From assembly GCF_009914755.1 (NCBI RefSeq), contig NC_060925.1: 64,000 nucleotides of DNA; one strand, given 5' to 3'. Made by a program: the position numbers and the translations under genes. Source of the DNA: the human T2T-CHM13v2.0 reference genome, Homo sapiens. The notes under the pieces were generated by a model that worked only from the letters and a program-made list of their open reading frames with translations, searched no databases and was not told where the DNA came from. This document shows, piece by piece, positions 45,069 through 62,255 of the stretch (positions are counted from its first letter, which is position 1; every line of letters starts with the position of its first letter).

Positions 45069-45516
45069 GGTGCTGGCTAGGCGCCTCCTCGAGGTCTCTT
45101 CCAGACTTCTTGATGAGTCTTCATTTATGGACTGGTTGCCATGGTTTTTTTTCTCTCTCTCTCTTTCTTCTGTCTCTCTCTTCTCTCTCTCTCTTCTGTC
45201 TCTTTCAGACCTCCTCCCACCTCCCCACACACTTCATTGAAATCCCAGCTGGGGGCCGTAGAGAAACAGAGGCAACCCCCTCCCTTAGAGGGTGCCAGGG
45301 GTGAGGGTGAGCCTGCACTGTCCTTGGGGCCTGGCGGGCCCAGGGATCAGGTTGCCTGCATCTGGGAGGAGGATTCTTAGGTCTCCACAGCTTTACCGTG
45401 GGTGCTTTGGGGCTTGGCAGTCTCACAGGTTAGAGGTGGGCTGGCCCTGCTGAGGCCTCAGGAGGATTTAGACACAAAGAGCCTGATTGTATGGTAATTT
45501 CCTCCTCACCTACTAG

Positions 45517-46015
<499 letters not shown>

Positions 46016-46118
46016 TAACCCAGGCCAGGGTGAGCCAGGGTATTCCACCCATATCTCTTAACACAGCTGGGAAAATGAACAAAGGGATGACAAAAGGAAA
46101 TAATTAAGAAGTAAAAAG

Positions 46119-47314
<1,196 letters not shown>

Positions 47315-47395
47315 TGAGACCTTGTCTTAAAAAAAAAAAGTAACAAGAAACCTTTGGTTGGTGAAACTGGGTTTCCTCCAGGTTTCTCTGACAGA

Positions 47396-47524
47396 AGGGT
47401 GACTATAAAATTTGTCCTTCAACCTGGACATCTGGCAGGTAAAAGGGGGTGCTATCAATAATCGTGACAGGACAACAGCATAAGCCGTGGTTGTCCTGGG
47501 CACTTTAGGATGTATGGTCAGTCA
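47396..47524 (+). mobile_element. MER94 (hAT-Blackjack MITE)
   Basis: agggtgactata...aaagggggtgctatcaataat...ggacaacagcataagcc...gtatggtca. Confidence 0.75.
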
Positions 47525-47882
47525 GGCCCCTTTCATGGGCACAGAACCCCAGGGAAACATCTGTCAGAGGAACAGTCTGTTTCTTTCATGTATTCATTCC
47601 ACAAACGCTTACTCTTACCTCTCTTGGGAATTCCAGATAACAAGAGGTCCTTGGCCTAGGGAAGCTTACAGTCTAATGGAAGAGACAATTCATCACAAAA
47701 AGTGTGCGAAATGCTAAGATAAACAGCAGGAAAGGAAGCAGAGTCCTATGGGAGTGTATAGGAGGGGCACCTCACCCTGCCCCGAGTAGGGTGTTGGCCC
47801 TGACTTGTTGCTCATGGGAGGTGAAGCCTGAGTTGGGCTCTGAAGGAGGAGTAGATATCTGCTGGTAAAGAAGAGATTTCGT

Positions 47883-48065
47883 GGCCGGGTGTGGTGTCGC
47901 ACGCTTGTAATCCCAGTTACTTGGGAGGCTGGGGCAGGAGAATTGCTTGAACCCGGGAGGCGGGGTTGCAGTGAGTCAAGATCACACCACAGCACTCCAG
48001 CCTGGGCGACAAGAGCAAAACTCCGTCTCAAAAAAAAAAAAAAAAAAGAAGAAGAAGAAGAAGAG
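47883..48065 (+). mobile_element. Alu right monomer with (GAA)n tail, inside an L2 relic
   Basis: Single arm; agaagag(a/g)ttt flanking repeat. Confidence 0.85.
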
Positions 48066-48382
48066 GTTTGGGTGAATAGCAAAAAGTTCTGGTCCAAAAA
48101 AACCTGCCTGTGTAGAGGCACAGACAGAAGGAGGTGCATTTGTTTTTGGAGTAACTGGAAAGCTCCTGTCTCTTTCTGTCCTTCCTCTTAATCCCGTCCT
48201 GAGCCCTCTACTTCTGGAAGAGGAGCCCATCACTTCCGTTTGTCACTTTGGTCAGAGGGGTGCTTCCTCACCGGTCTTCAGAAAAGTTTGTTGAATAGAT
48301 AGATAAAGCCAAGAAGTGCCCTACACTCTTCTTCTGTGATGTAAGTGCAAAGTTTCGAACCTTGGTTTATCATTAAGAGTTA

Positions 48383-48985
<603 letters not shown>

Positions 48986-49029
48986 GGAGTTCTCTTCTAT
49001 AATATTTATACTTCATCTTTCAAAAATTG

Positions 49030-49250
49030 AGCCCATATTGCTGCATGCCAAGCATTGTGTGCCCGAGTGATGCACAGGTCACTTCATTTAATCTTCACAA
49101 CAATCCTGTGAGATAGGTAACCTCATGCCCAAATTACAGAAGAGGCTCTGTGAGGTCAGAAACTGGCCCAGGTCTCACAGCTGACTAGTGAGGAGCTGAG
49201 ATTTGCTAGGATGACCTGACACTCTGAATTCTCTAAATTCCACCTCCTTA
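49030..49250 (-). mobile_element. MIR
   Basis: cttcatttaatcttcacaacaatcctgtgagataggt. Confidence 0.8.
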
Positions 49251-49559
49251 ACACAATACATGTAGTCAGGGAAGGCCTGACTTTATATTATTCATTGGCC
49301 CCGAGAGCTGACTCAGACTCCTGTGGCAGCCCCAGGAGTCCTGGGTTTCAGAGGGAGTGGGAGGTGGGCAGCAGAGGGGCCCTCGAGTTTCGATAACCCC
49401 CCTGCACTTAGGCTACAGGCTGCATTGTATGATAGCGACAGACCCAGACCAGAATCCCTTCACCCTCCTCTCTAGGGTGGAGCCCCTTCCAGCAAAGCTG
49501 GCCCAGCCCTGTGATGTCACACCACTGGGCAGGGCTTCTGGGGATTGGTGACACCCAGC

Positions 49560-49567
49560 TGACGTCA
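49560..49567. promoter_or_regulatory. Perfect CRE palindrome
   Basis: TGACGTCA with CpG intact; variant GTGATGTCAC at 49511-49520; ATTGG at 49544. Confidence 0.55.
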
Positions 49568-51724
49568 GGGAGGTGGAGAAGCCGCAGGTCCCTCTTATCC
49601 CCAGGGCAGTTCAGGGGCTTGACTGCATTTTAGCGATGATTGTAGTTACAGATTGCTCTCCGAAACACTGGGCAGGAAAAGCTTGCTGGTGTTCTGCTTT
49701 TGGCTCTGGGATTTGAACCCATGACTGGCTCAGGAGACTTGAGATTACCAACGTGCTTTGTGTCCCCAACAAGTCACTTGTCCTCTCTGGGCCATCTCTA
49801 GAGCACAGCCTCCTAATTCAATAAAATGAAGAGGCTGGAGGAGAGATTGCCAAGGACTCTTTCAAGAGGCCCAGATAGGAGAGCAGGAGGATCGGGGGGT
49901 GGGGGGGTGTTCTGAGTTGGCCCTGTCATGGCCCTAATCTGTCCTTCCCCCATCCTTCACTCCCCCTCTTATCCCTGGTGGCCCCGGAGTGAGAACGTGA
50001 CTCATCCAGCTCCAGGCACCCAGTTTCAGCCTTGCCCCACCCCTGCCCCGGGCCTCTCATTTGCTGTTTACCCCCCAGGAGCAGGTGCACCTGGGTCACC
50101 TCACCGCGGGAAGGAGAGATATAAGGCTCTAGGGCACAGCCTGACTCCACACCCACAGATTGCCCAAGGCCAGCACAGGGGTTGGAGCTCTCTAGAAAGG
50201 TGAGGCACTTGGGGAGCATAAAACAGCTCCAAGTGGGCCCACCACCCTGTCCAGCTGCTGAGCTCAGCCCGCTGCCTCTCATCTCTTCCCATGGGTTTGT
50301 CTTCATTCACCCACTGCCCCTAGAGCAGCCCAGGCCCCGCCCTCAGCCTGAGGACCCTGTGCAGAGCTCAGCCAGTTCCAGGAGGGGAGGGCCTCTTGAA
50401 GGCAGTCGGGGGCCAGGGGAGCTGGTGCTCACATTGAGGAGCTGTGGAAGGCAGGCCTAGGCCCACACATCCTGTGCTAAGAAGAGAGGACAGGGTGTGG
50501 AAGGAGGGGTTGGAGTGGGAGACCCATAGCCTGATTCAGCCCCGAATGGAAAAGTGAAGTTATGGGGGGACTGAAAGGTTTGGTGACAGATACTGGGATG
50601 TGAGTCTGGAAAGCGGCTTTGAGTCATGGCTTGGCATCTACCCTCCCTTTGTGACCTTGGCCATGTCCATTGCCCTCTTATCCCCATCTGTACAAGGCAG
50701 GCGCCTCAGTGTTCCCATCTGTACAAGGTAGGGGCTCAGCTGGATAAGCCTAGGCTCCTTCTAACCCTGGCACTCTGTGGTTACCCAGGTGGGCATCCCC
50801 ACCCCAGTGCCCAACCTTCCCCTATCCCCACTAGCTCCCGCGTCTCCCCCATGGAGAAAAAGAAACCTCGCTGGGTCATGGAACATGGGAAGGGTTGGCA
50901 ATTCCTGTGTGAGGCAGCCCAAGGCAACCTCGGAGCCCTCCTGCAGATACCCAGGGGGCCTGCCCCGCCCCTGGCCCAGGCTCCAGACCACAGAGCAGAC
51001 AACAAAGGCAGGCAGGTGGAAAATTCCCTCTGGCTCTCCGCCCAGGCACCCTGGATGGCAACTGTGCCAGCCTGGGCGGGCAAGAGCCGGGAGTCCAGGA
51101 TACCAACAGGCAGCCTGGCAGCCCCAGGGAGCTGATAAGGGGCCTGTCAAGGTCTCCCCAGTTCAATTGCCCCCCACTGCTCAGACACAGAAATTGTATT
51201 CTACTCAGGTGGACAAACAGGTGGGAGGAGGAGGATGGGGAAATATGTGGTTGTTTGAACTTCTCAGAAGTTGTAGCCCTGAGCCAAGAAGATTATGCCA
51301 ACTCCTCCCACTACCCTGAGCTGAGTGGTCCCTGGGACTCTTAATGGAGGACCGGGGGCTGCAGCTAGTTTGGCGGACAGACAGAAAACGGATTTCGTCA
51401 AGTGTTCCTGTGCCTGCTGGGCTCCTGCTGGCTGCTGGTCTCTGCCCTGTGACCTTGGGCAGTGTGTATGCTCCTGGAGGGCTTGCTTTGCCCATCTCTC
51501 ACCCTGGAATAACTGTCTGGGTCCTGCTCCCTGGAAGGGCATGAAGCCACACCCATGTAAGGCCTAGGAGAAGTGAAAAGCCCTGTGTGTACATGTGACT
51601 TGAGGCCGGGAGGCAGACCACTCCCAGAGCCTGCATGTTCAAGGATTCCTTGCATCTGGAAAGCCAAGACAGGGACCCCTCCTGCCTGCCTCTCTTCTGC
51701 TTTCTGCTCCGACCCCCTGAGCTG

Positions 51725-51738
51725 GTTACCATGGCAAC
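51725..51738. promoter_or_regulatory. RFX X-box
   Basis: GTTACCATGGCAAC matches 13/14 of palindromic GTTGCCATGGCAAC. Confidence 0.6.
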
Positions 51739-52099
51739 AGTTCCCTGCCTATCTCTCCAGAGGCCTTTCACAGAATCCAGAGTTGGTTTCTACAATGTTT
51801 ACCCACAAACACTTTCTTGTTGCCAGTCAGTTCGGATGGCACTTCCAGAACTGAGGAAATACCTTTGTGACTTCGCCAGGTCACAGCCAGCTGGCCCCTG
51901 GAATCACTCCCCAGTAGGGTGCCATCCATCGGGCTCTGGAGGGCTGAGGAGTCAGGGTGTGGCCAGGTCAAGGTGAACCACATGCTGCTGGGAAAACTAC
52001 CCAAAGGGCACGTCCCACTGACCCGCAGTCAGCAGCCTGCAAGCGTCATTGCCTCTACAGGGAACATTGTCCGTCTAGGCTGGCAGAAGAAGGCCCTAA

Positions 52100-52320
52100 A
52101 GATAAGGCAGGGCATGAACCCAACTCCATGACAGCCAATTAGCTCCACTCCAAGAACCCAACCGCTGTGACTCACTGACAGCCAATCAGGAGGCCCAGGG
52201 CCAGATACTTTTTTCAGCTAGACACACCTGTAACCTGCTAGCCATCTGTTGAACCACACCCCTGCCCCAACCATTCTAGAAAGAAATATAAATCTCTTTT
52301 ACAGCTGTAAATGGAGAGCT
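52100..52320 (+). promoter_or_regulatory. Candidate promoter/enhancer core (GATA, two TGACAGCCAAT, AP-1, CACCC, TATA)
   Basis: AGATAA 52100; TGACAGCCAAT 52129 and 52176; TGACTCA 52168; AACCACACCC 52252; TATAAAT 52287. Confidence 0.4.
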
Positions 52321-53060
52321 CTGTAACTCTAATATGGAGGGAGATACACGCTGATCTATATTGAGATCAGAGACAGACACAAATGCATAAACATGCACCT
52401 GCACAGATGAAAATCTAGCTATCAGCCCTGCTCCTTCCTGCCTCCACCAAGGTCACCACCATCTCTATTCTCCTCCACCCTCCTGGGTCAGAAATTGGCA
52501 AAAGAGAAAAGGACATTGCAAGAGACCTAAATATACCTTTCCAGTGCACAGTGGCAGCTTTCTGTGAACTGTTAGGCCAACAGTGGTCCAGACATTTTCC
52601 CTCATCCTCTGCAAAAAACAACAAAACCAAACAAAAACATTGACTGGGCATCATTCGTAGGTTTACCTGGGAATACTAGTGCTTGGAGGGGACTGAGAGT
52701 ACCCCTAGCAAAGCCCCATTTTACGGATGAGGGCTAGGCCCAGAGGGAGGGTTTCTCCTTCCAGAGGAGGGCTCAGTGCTCGTGATTGTTGGCAAGGGCA
52801 TCTTGCCAAAGTTCCAGGATCCAGGTCAGATATTGGCCCCATGGTCCCACCCTGGAGGATTTCCTGTAGGGGGGTGCCCCCCAGCTGGCCACAGTGGATC
52901 AGGCATGTCCAGAGGGAGACCTGGGAAAGGGGCACTATGCTTGTGTGTCCTCCAATCTTCCTACTCTAGGCCCTGCCCAAAGGCTGGGAGAACAGGGATC
53001 TTCTGTTGACTATGAGGGAAAAATGCTAGTTCATAGGTCCTAGTTGAACTAGCGCCTATG

Positions 53061-53192
53061 ATTCCGGGGTCTCTGGGATGCCTGGGATCATGGCAGCATG
53101 GCCCAAGGTCCTGCAGCAATTTGAGTCAGAGCCACATTACCAGGCTGCAGGACAGCAAGCCAAGACCCCCCAGCCTGGGAGTTTCAGGGTCT
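53061..53192 (+). repeat. Dispersed local duplication, copy A (partner 54473-54603)
   Basis: By-eye alignment: about 10 substitutions and 1 indel over 132 bp. Confidence 0.92.
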
Positions 53193-53865
53193 ATGAACTA
53201 GCGCCTAGGTGCTAGATGAACTAGCATTTCAGTGCTCTATGCCAGAGGGACCTCAATAGAGGGAGATGCAGACAATCCAAACTTGTTTCAGTGTAACCCT
53301 CAAATTTTCGAGCCCTCCAGATGCAGGGCACTCATACTACCCAGTACTGAGACTCTAGACATGACCTTGACTGAAGGCTGCCACGTCTTCAAGCAGAGAC
53401 CTGCTAAAAACGAAAACAACTTATATGCATGAAGTGCATACTTTGTGTCAGGAATTATGCTAGGCACTGGGGAGACAGACATGACCTAGGTTCCCAGGCC
53501 CCTGCAGGTTGTTCTCATGTAGGGTGTATAGGGTAGTTTCAGCAAAGGGCCTCCCTCAGCCCGCAAGGCCACAGGCCCCCAAACGGGCAAAACACTGCCC
53601 CTGCAGATTCACAGGACTTTTGTGCTGGTTTAGACAGGAGAGAAACAGAATGAACCCCAGGAAGATTCAGAGGGGTCAAGATCTGACCCCTACAGCCAAG
53701 GACAGCCAGAGGTAGGAGGACCTTTGCTCATGGGTAGAAATCATTCTATTCATGCATAAATCAAGTCTCACCCAAGATGTTGGGCAGCCAGCTTGGCCTT
53801 GCCTGTTCTAGGGAATAGAGGCTGGGCTCCGATTCCAGAGCTAGGGGCTGGGGTGGGATCTCTGA

Positions 53866-54273
<408 letters not shown>

Positions 54274-54472
54274 CCCCTGTGTCTGTCTTTAACCTCCTCT
54301 GCATACAGGAAATTTCCTCCGTCTCTCCCACAGGGAGGTGTGGCCAGGGAGCTTTGCCCCCTCCCTTTGAAGCACTCTCTGCCTCTTCCCCACCCCCAGT
54401 ATGGGGTAATGGCTAAGGGGGACATAAAATAGACTCATCATTTTAGGAGGGGAAGAGGAAACCCTCAAAGCC

Positions 54473-54603
54473 ATTCCGGAGTCTTTGGGATGCCTGGGAT
54501 CATGGCAGCACGGCCCGAGGTCCTGCAGCAGTCTGAGTCAGAGCCACATTACCAGGCTGCAGGACAGCAGGCCGAGACCCTCTAGCCTGGGGTTTCAGGG
54601 TCT
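54473..54603 (+). repeat. Dispersed local duplication, copy B (probable donor)
   Basis: Matches 53061-53192. Confidence 0.92.
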
Positions 54604-54837
54604 GCTGCACCCTGTAAGCAGAAGTGCCTGAAGGCATTGGACAGTGCTCTTAGTGGGACTGGGAGAATGAGGCAGGTGTGTGAAGGAGGAGTGAATAGAG
54701 GGAGTGAGGAAGGAAATTGACATTCATCAAGAACATGCTTTATGTCAGGAATGCACCACTCAAGTTTCATAATTTAATGTTCAGAGCAACCTTGGAGGTG
54801 CATGTTATTGTCCTCAGTTACAGTCAAGAACTGAGGT

Positions 54838-55575
<738 letters not shown>

Positions 55576-55626
55576 TATTTTAAAATAATTTTATTTTAAA
55601 ATATTAAAAAAAAGAAAACTGAGGTC

Positions 55627-56272
<646 letters not shown>

Positions 56273-57456
56273 CTACATAGCTGGGAAGTGAGGAGATGTG
56301 GATTTCTGTGGATCCAATTTCATGTGTCTAGGATGACCCATCAACTCCAGAGAAGGGCAGGAAGAAGGTGCCGCTCTTAGGCTCAGAGGGACTCAGAGGT
56401 AGAAGTTCAACCATCCTTTCCCTCCCCACCCACCCAACCGGCCCCCTGAAAGCTGTCCAGGCAGATGCTGCCCAGGGAAGGGTTAACCCTCCTCTTTGGC
56501 TCTGCCCTGCATTCTTTTGTGCTGAGCTCTCTGGCAGCTTGTGTCAGGACATCAGGGCAAGAAGGCAGAAAGGACATGGCTAGGGCACCTGGCAATGAAT
56601 AATCTGTTTGTCGTGGCCGTGCTGCCTTGTGGCTGTGTGGGATGGGGTGGGGATGGCGGCAGTGCCAGGACTTGGGGTCAAGGGCTCAGGGAGGGGGCCA
56701 GCCAGCTTGGAGGCAGGACCTGAGACTCCTCTATGTTTAGTGCTTGCTCCATCTCCCAGACAGCCACCTAAACAGGAACTGTGGCAGCTTTCCACGTTTG
56801 CCCCTGGCTGCAGCCAAACCTATCTCAGCTACAGCCTGGGACTTGGATCTCCCTGTAAGATTTCTATCCCATCCCTCTCCACCTGCCCCAGGGCTTCAGA
56901 ACCAAGTTCTAGACTCCAGAGGGCCCTGCAGCCTGCCCCTCCAGCTACCAAGGATGAAAATCTGGTACAGGCATCTGTAGGGGACAGCCAAATGTGCCTG
57001 GAATCACTGGGGAAGGGAGATATGAGAGGATGCAGGGTGCCCTGTGGGGTTTCCCAGGCTCCTCCAGCCTCACCCCATTCCTGCCCTGGCTCAACTGCTT
57101 GGTCTTGTGATTGCAGGGGCCAGACTCTCTCCTCCAGCTGAGTGATGCTGGGCTCCACCCAGCAGCTGGCTCTTCCTGGAGTCTTTCCTCCCCACCAGCT
57201 CTCTTCCTGCCTGGAACTTCTGCCCCAGCTCCTTTCTACCAGACTAACTCTCTCACTTCCACTCAAATTCTGCTCCTGAAGAAATCCCTTCTAGAACTTC
57301 TCAGGAAGCCTTCTTTGACTCACCCAAGCCTGTCTGATCCCCTTGGGCTCTCCTGCCTGCTGCCATCCTCACATACCTCCACCTGTTACTGTGGCCAGTG
57401 CCTACTCCTTATGCATTTGATGTTATGCTTGCTGACTGTGTCTCACACCTGGATTC

Positions 57457-57474
57457 TGTGTGTGTGTGTGTGTG
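57457..57474. repeat. (TG)n microsatellite
   Basis: Direct reading. Confidence 0.9.
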
Positions 57475-58290
57475 TTCTGTCTCTTCCAGAGGACAGAACC
57501 AGAACCAACGGGTGGATTTTCCTTGAGTCACATTTCTGATAAGGGAACAAGTTCGGCATGATCACAGCCATCTAAACATTGGAATGGGCTATCTTGAAAG
57601 TAGTGAGCTATCAAAGGAGGGGTTAATAACAAATGCTTCTGGGTAGCAGTGATGTGTCTGCCACATGAAAGGCTTTCAGTACACATTTGTTAAACAAATA
57701 ACAACCTGCTGGCTTTCTCTCCTCCCACAGCCACTATGTGTCTCATAAATGCTTGGGGTTTTTTTCTGTTGGGGCAGCCAGTTGGGCCCCAAGAGGCAAG
57801 TCCCTGCCTGTAGTTATTCTGATATTGAAAGGGTCCTTACTGAGAAACTAACCTGGAGAGCAATCCTAGTAAGCAGAAGAGGACCTCTCTCCACCCATCT
57901 CTTGGTGTGGACTTGGAAGAGAGTAGGTGTTTATAGAGAGCTCCTAGCACTTGGTGCCAGCTAGGAGATACGATACGGGGGCTCTGGGATCTGGGAGGTA
58001 GGATCATGCCTTGTCAGCTGGATCCCTGGGCTCCTTGTAACCAACTATGCTTGTATCTCTTTAGCATCCTTGAGGATTTCATTGCATCTGAACATTCCAG
58101 CCTTGCCTTAGCTGTGCTGTAGGCCAGTGAGGAAAGATGGTGAAATGTGCTCGAAACATTGCATGCAGGCAGCTAGCTGCCATGGCTGGGGAAGTCACAG
58201 CGTGGGGAGGATACCCCTTTCCCCCAAGGAAAGGGGCATCTTGGGGCAGGAGCAGAAGACAGTTGAAAGACTTTCTGCTGACCATCTTGA

Positions 58291-58667
<377 letters not shown>

Positions 58668-58934
58668 TAGGATTTTTGAGCAGTTTTTTGTTTCTACTTA
58701 CTATTTACTTGTTCTTTTTTTTTTTTTTTCCCCCCTGAAACACATGTATCAAGCATCTACTGAATGCCAGGCACTGAGAACCAAGATAGGGAGACACAGG
58801 ACCTGCTCACCAGAGGTTCAGTGACTTCCTGATCTGGGAGCTCCAGGGGCACAGTGTTTCTCCCTCTGTCCCCTCCTACAAGCATCCTCCCACCCCCACC
58901 CCTCACCATTTGAGTGCAATGGGAATGCCTAGTA

Positions 58935-59110
58935 TAGTAGTTCTCAAACTCTAGCCTTCATCAGAATCCCTGGAGGACTTGCTAGAAAACGCCTAGAAGC
59001 TGGGCCCACCCTGTTTCTGATCTAGCAGGTCTACGGTGGGGGTTGAGAATGTGCATTTCAAAACAGTTTCCAGGTGTTTCTGACCCTGATGATCTAATAA
59101 AAAACCACTG
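58935..59110. mobile_element. MER5A (hAT-Charlie MITE)
   Basis: tagtagttctcaaact...catcagaatccctggaggacttg...gagaatgtgcatttc...aaaccactg. Confidence 0.8.
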
Positions 59111-59346
59111 ATTTACAGTATCTTACAGTCCATATTACCTTTTAAAATGCCTTCACAATGACTGCATTTTATTACCATAGCATGCTTGGGGGGTCTTCAG
59201 GCCCAGGAGAATACCCCTTACCTTTTACTGAGGGGAAACTGGAAAGACAGAGCGGTCTCATGATCTTATGACTTCATCACAATTTATAGCTATATTACTT
59301 GCAATTTGGCTTTTTCAGTGACTGCCTCGTTCGCTTGAATGTGAAT

Positions 59347-59958
<612 letters not shown>

Positions 59959-60571
59959 TCGAATGTGAATTTCATGAGGGTGGAGGCCATGCTGTGTTTT
60001 TCACTCTGTTTCCCAAATGCCTAGGACAATGCCTGGCACATAGTAGGTGCTCAACAAATATTTTCAAAATGAGTGACTGACCTATTCCTGAAATCACAGG
60101 GCTAGTTAGTAGCCGAGTTGGGACTCAGTCCCAGATCTCCTGACTTTTAGATGCATGTTTTCCCACTAGTGGCCCTTCACCTGTCCCCTGGAGCAGCACC
60201 CAAGTGCTACTTGGGGCCAGGGGCCCAGAGCTTGGAGGAGAATGACACAGTGAGATCTGGTGGGTCAGACTGTCTATGCTTCCCCCAGCCTTAGTCCGTG
60301 TCCAGTATAGGCCAGACCCATGTTCCTGTTCAGAACTGGAACCCGGGCAGGGGAAAGAACTTGTCTCAGAATTTGCCCTCTCTGCCTCTTTGGCTGCCTT
60401 CTGCTTGTTCAGTTTCCAAATCTGTAAAACAGGTAGATATAATGATAGTACCCTACCTCATAAGGTTGCTGTGAGAATCAAATGAATTCTAGCCAGTAGG
60501 TAACATGTATATAGTGCTTATTATATGCCAGATATTATTGTAATGACTTACATAGATGAACTCATTTAATC

Positions 60572-60860
60572 TTTTTTTTTGAGACTGAGTCTTGCACCGT
60601 TGCCTGGGCTGGAGTGTAGTGGCGTGACCTAGGCTCGCTGCAACCTCCATCTCCCAGGTTCAAGCAATTCTCCTGCCTCAGCCTCCTGAGTAGCTGGGAC
60701 TACAGGCACGCGCCACCATGCCCGGCTAATTTTTGTATTTTTAGTAGAGACAGGGTTTCACTATGTTGGCCAGGCTGGTCTCAAACTTCTGACTTTGTGA
60801 TCCACCTGCCTTGGCCTCCCAAAGTGTTGGGATTACAGGCGTGAGCCACCATGCCTGGCC
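60572..60860 (-). mobile_element. AluS
   Basis: Reverse Alu consensus. Confidence 0.94.
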
Positions 60861-61038
60861 TTTTTTTTTTTTTTTTTTTTTAGATAGTGTCTTGCTATGT
60901 TGCCTAGGCTGGAATGCAGTGGCTATTCACAGGCGAGATCACAGCACACCATAGTCTTGAACTACTGGCCTCAAGGGATCCTCCTGCCTCAACCTCTCAA
61001 GTAGCTGGGACTACAGGTGTATGCTACCACACCTAGCA
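60861..61038 (-). mobile_element. FAM (fossil Alu monomer)
   Basis: Retains 7SL-derived gtggctattcacaggcg, absent from dimeric Alus. Confidence 0.8.
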
Positions 61039-61047
61039 TAACTTCAT

Positions 61048-61636
61048 CTTATTTATTTATTTATTTTGAGGCAGAGTCTTGCTCTGTCGCCCAGGCTGGA
61101 GTGCAATGGCACAATCGTGGCTCACTGCAGCCTTCATCTCCTGGGCTCAGGTGATCCTCCCACCTCAGTCTCCTAAGTAGCTGGGACTATAGGCATGCAC
61201 CACCATGCCCAGCTAATTTTTTTTTTTTTTTTTTTTTTGGAAACAGAATTTTGCTCTTTTCACCCAGGCTGGCATGCAATGGCGCAATCTCGGCTCACTG
61301 CAACCTCCGCTTCCCGGGTTCAAGCGATTATCCTGCCTCAGCCTCCCTGAGTAGCTGGGATTACTGGCACCCGCCACCACGTCCAGCAAATTTTTTTGTA
61401 TTTTCAGTTGAGACAGGGTTTCACCATGTTGGCCAGACTGGTCTTGAACTCCCGACCTTAGTTGATCCACCCGCCTCGGCCTCCCAAAGTGCTAGGATTA
61501 CAGGCGTGAGCCACCACGCCCGGCCTTAATTTTTGTATTTTTTGTAGACACAGGGTCTTGCCATGTTGCCCAGGCTGGTCTTGAACTCCTGAGCTCAAGA
61601 TAGCCTCCTGCCTCGGCGTCCCAAAGTGCTGGGAGG
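61048..61636 (-). mobile_element. AluJ with an AluS nested in its linker
   Basis: Host ~61048-61215 and ~61527-61636; inner ~61216-61526. Confidence 0.9.

Positions 61637-62255
<619 letters not shown>

Noticed and set aside
50626-51319. Longest ORFs (169 and 180 aa, with overlapping frames on both strands)
   Set aside because: GC-rich stop-poor sequence, Pro/Gly/Ser/Trp-rich, no recognisable domain, and the 180 aa frame starts at a non-ATG codon; consistent with chance.
53045-53229. TGAACTAGC repeats as a CRISPR-like repeat-spacer array
   Set aside because: Eukaryotic DNA; repeats are 9-14 bp, irregularly spaced and in mixed orientation; no cas genes.
56608-57539. 177 aa and 142 aa ORFs
   Set aside because: No domain similarity or exon structure; the second runs through an L2-like relic and a (TG)n repeat.
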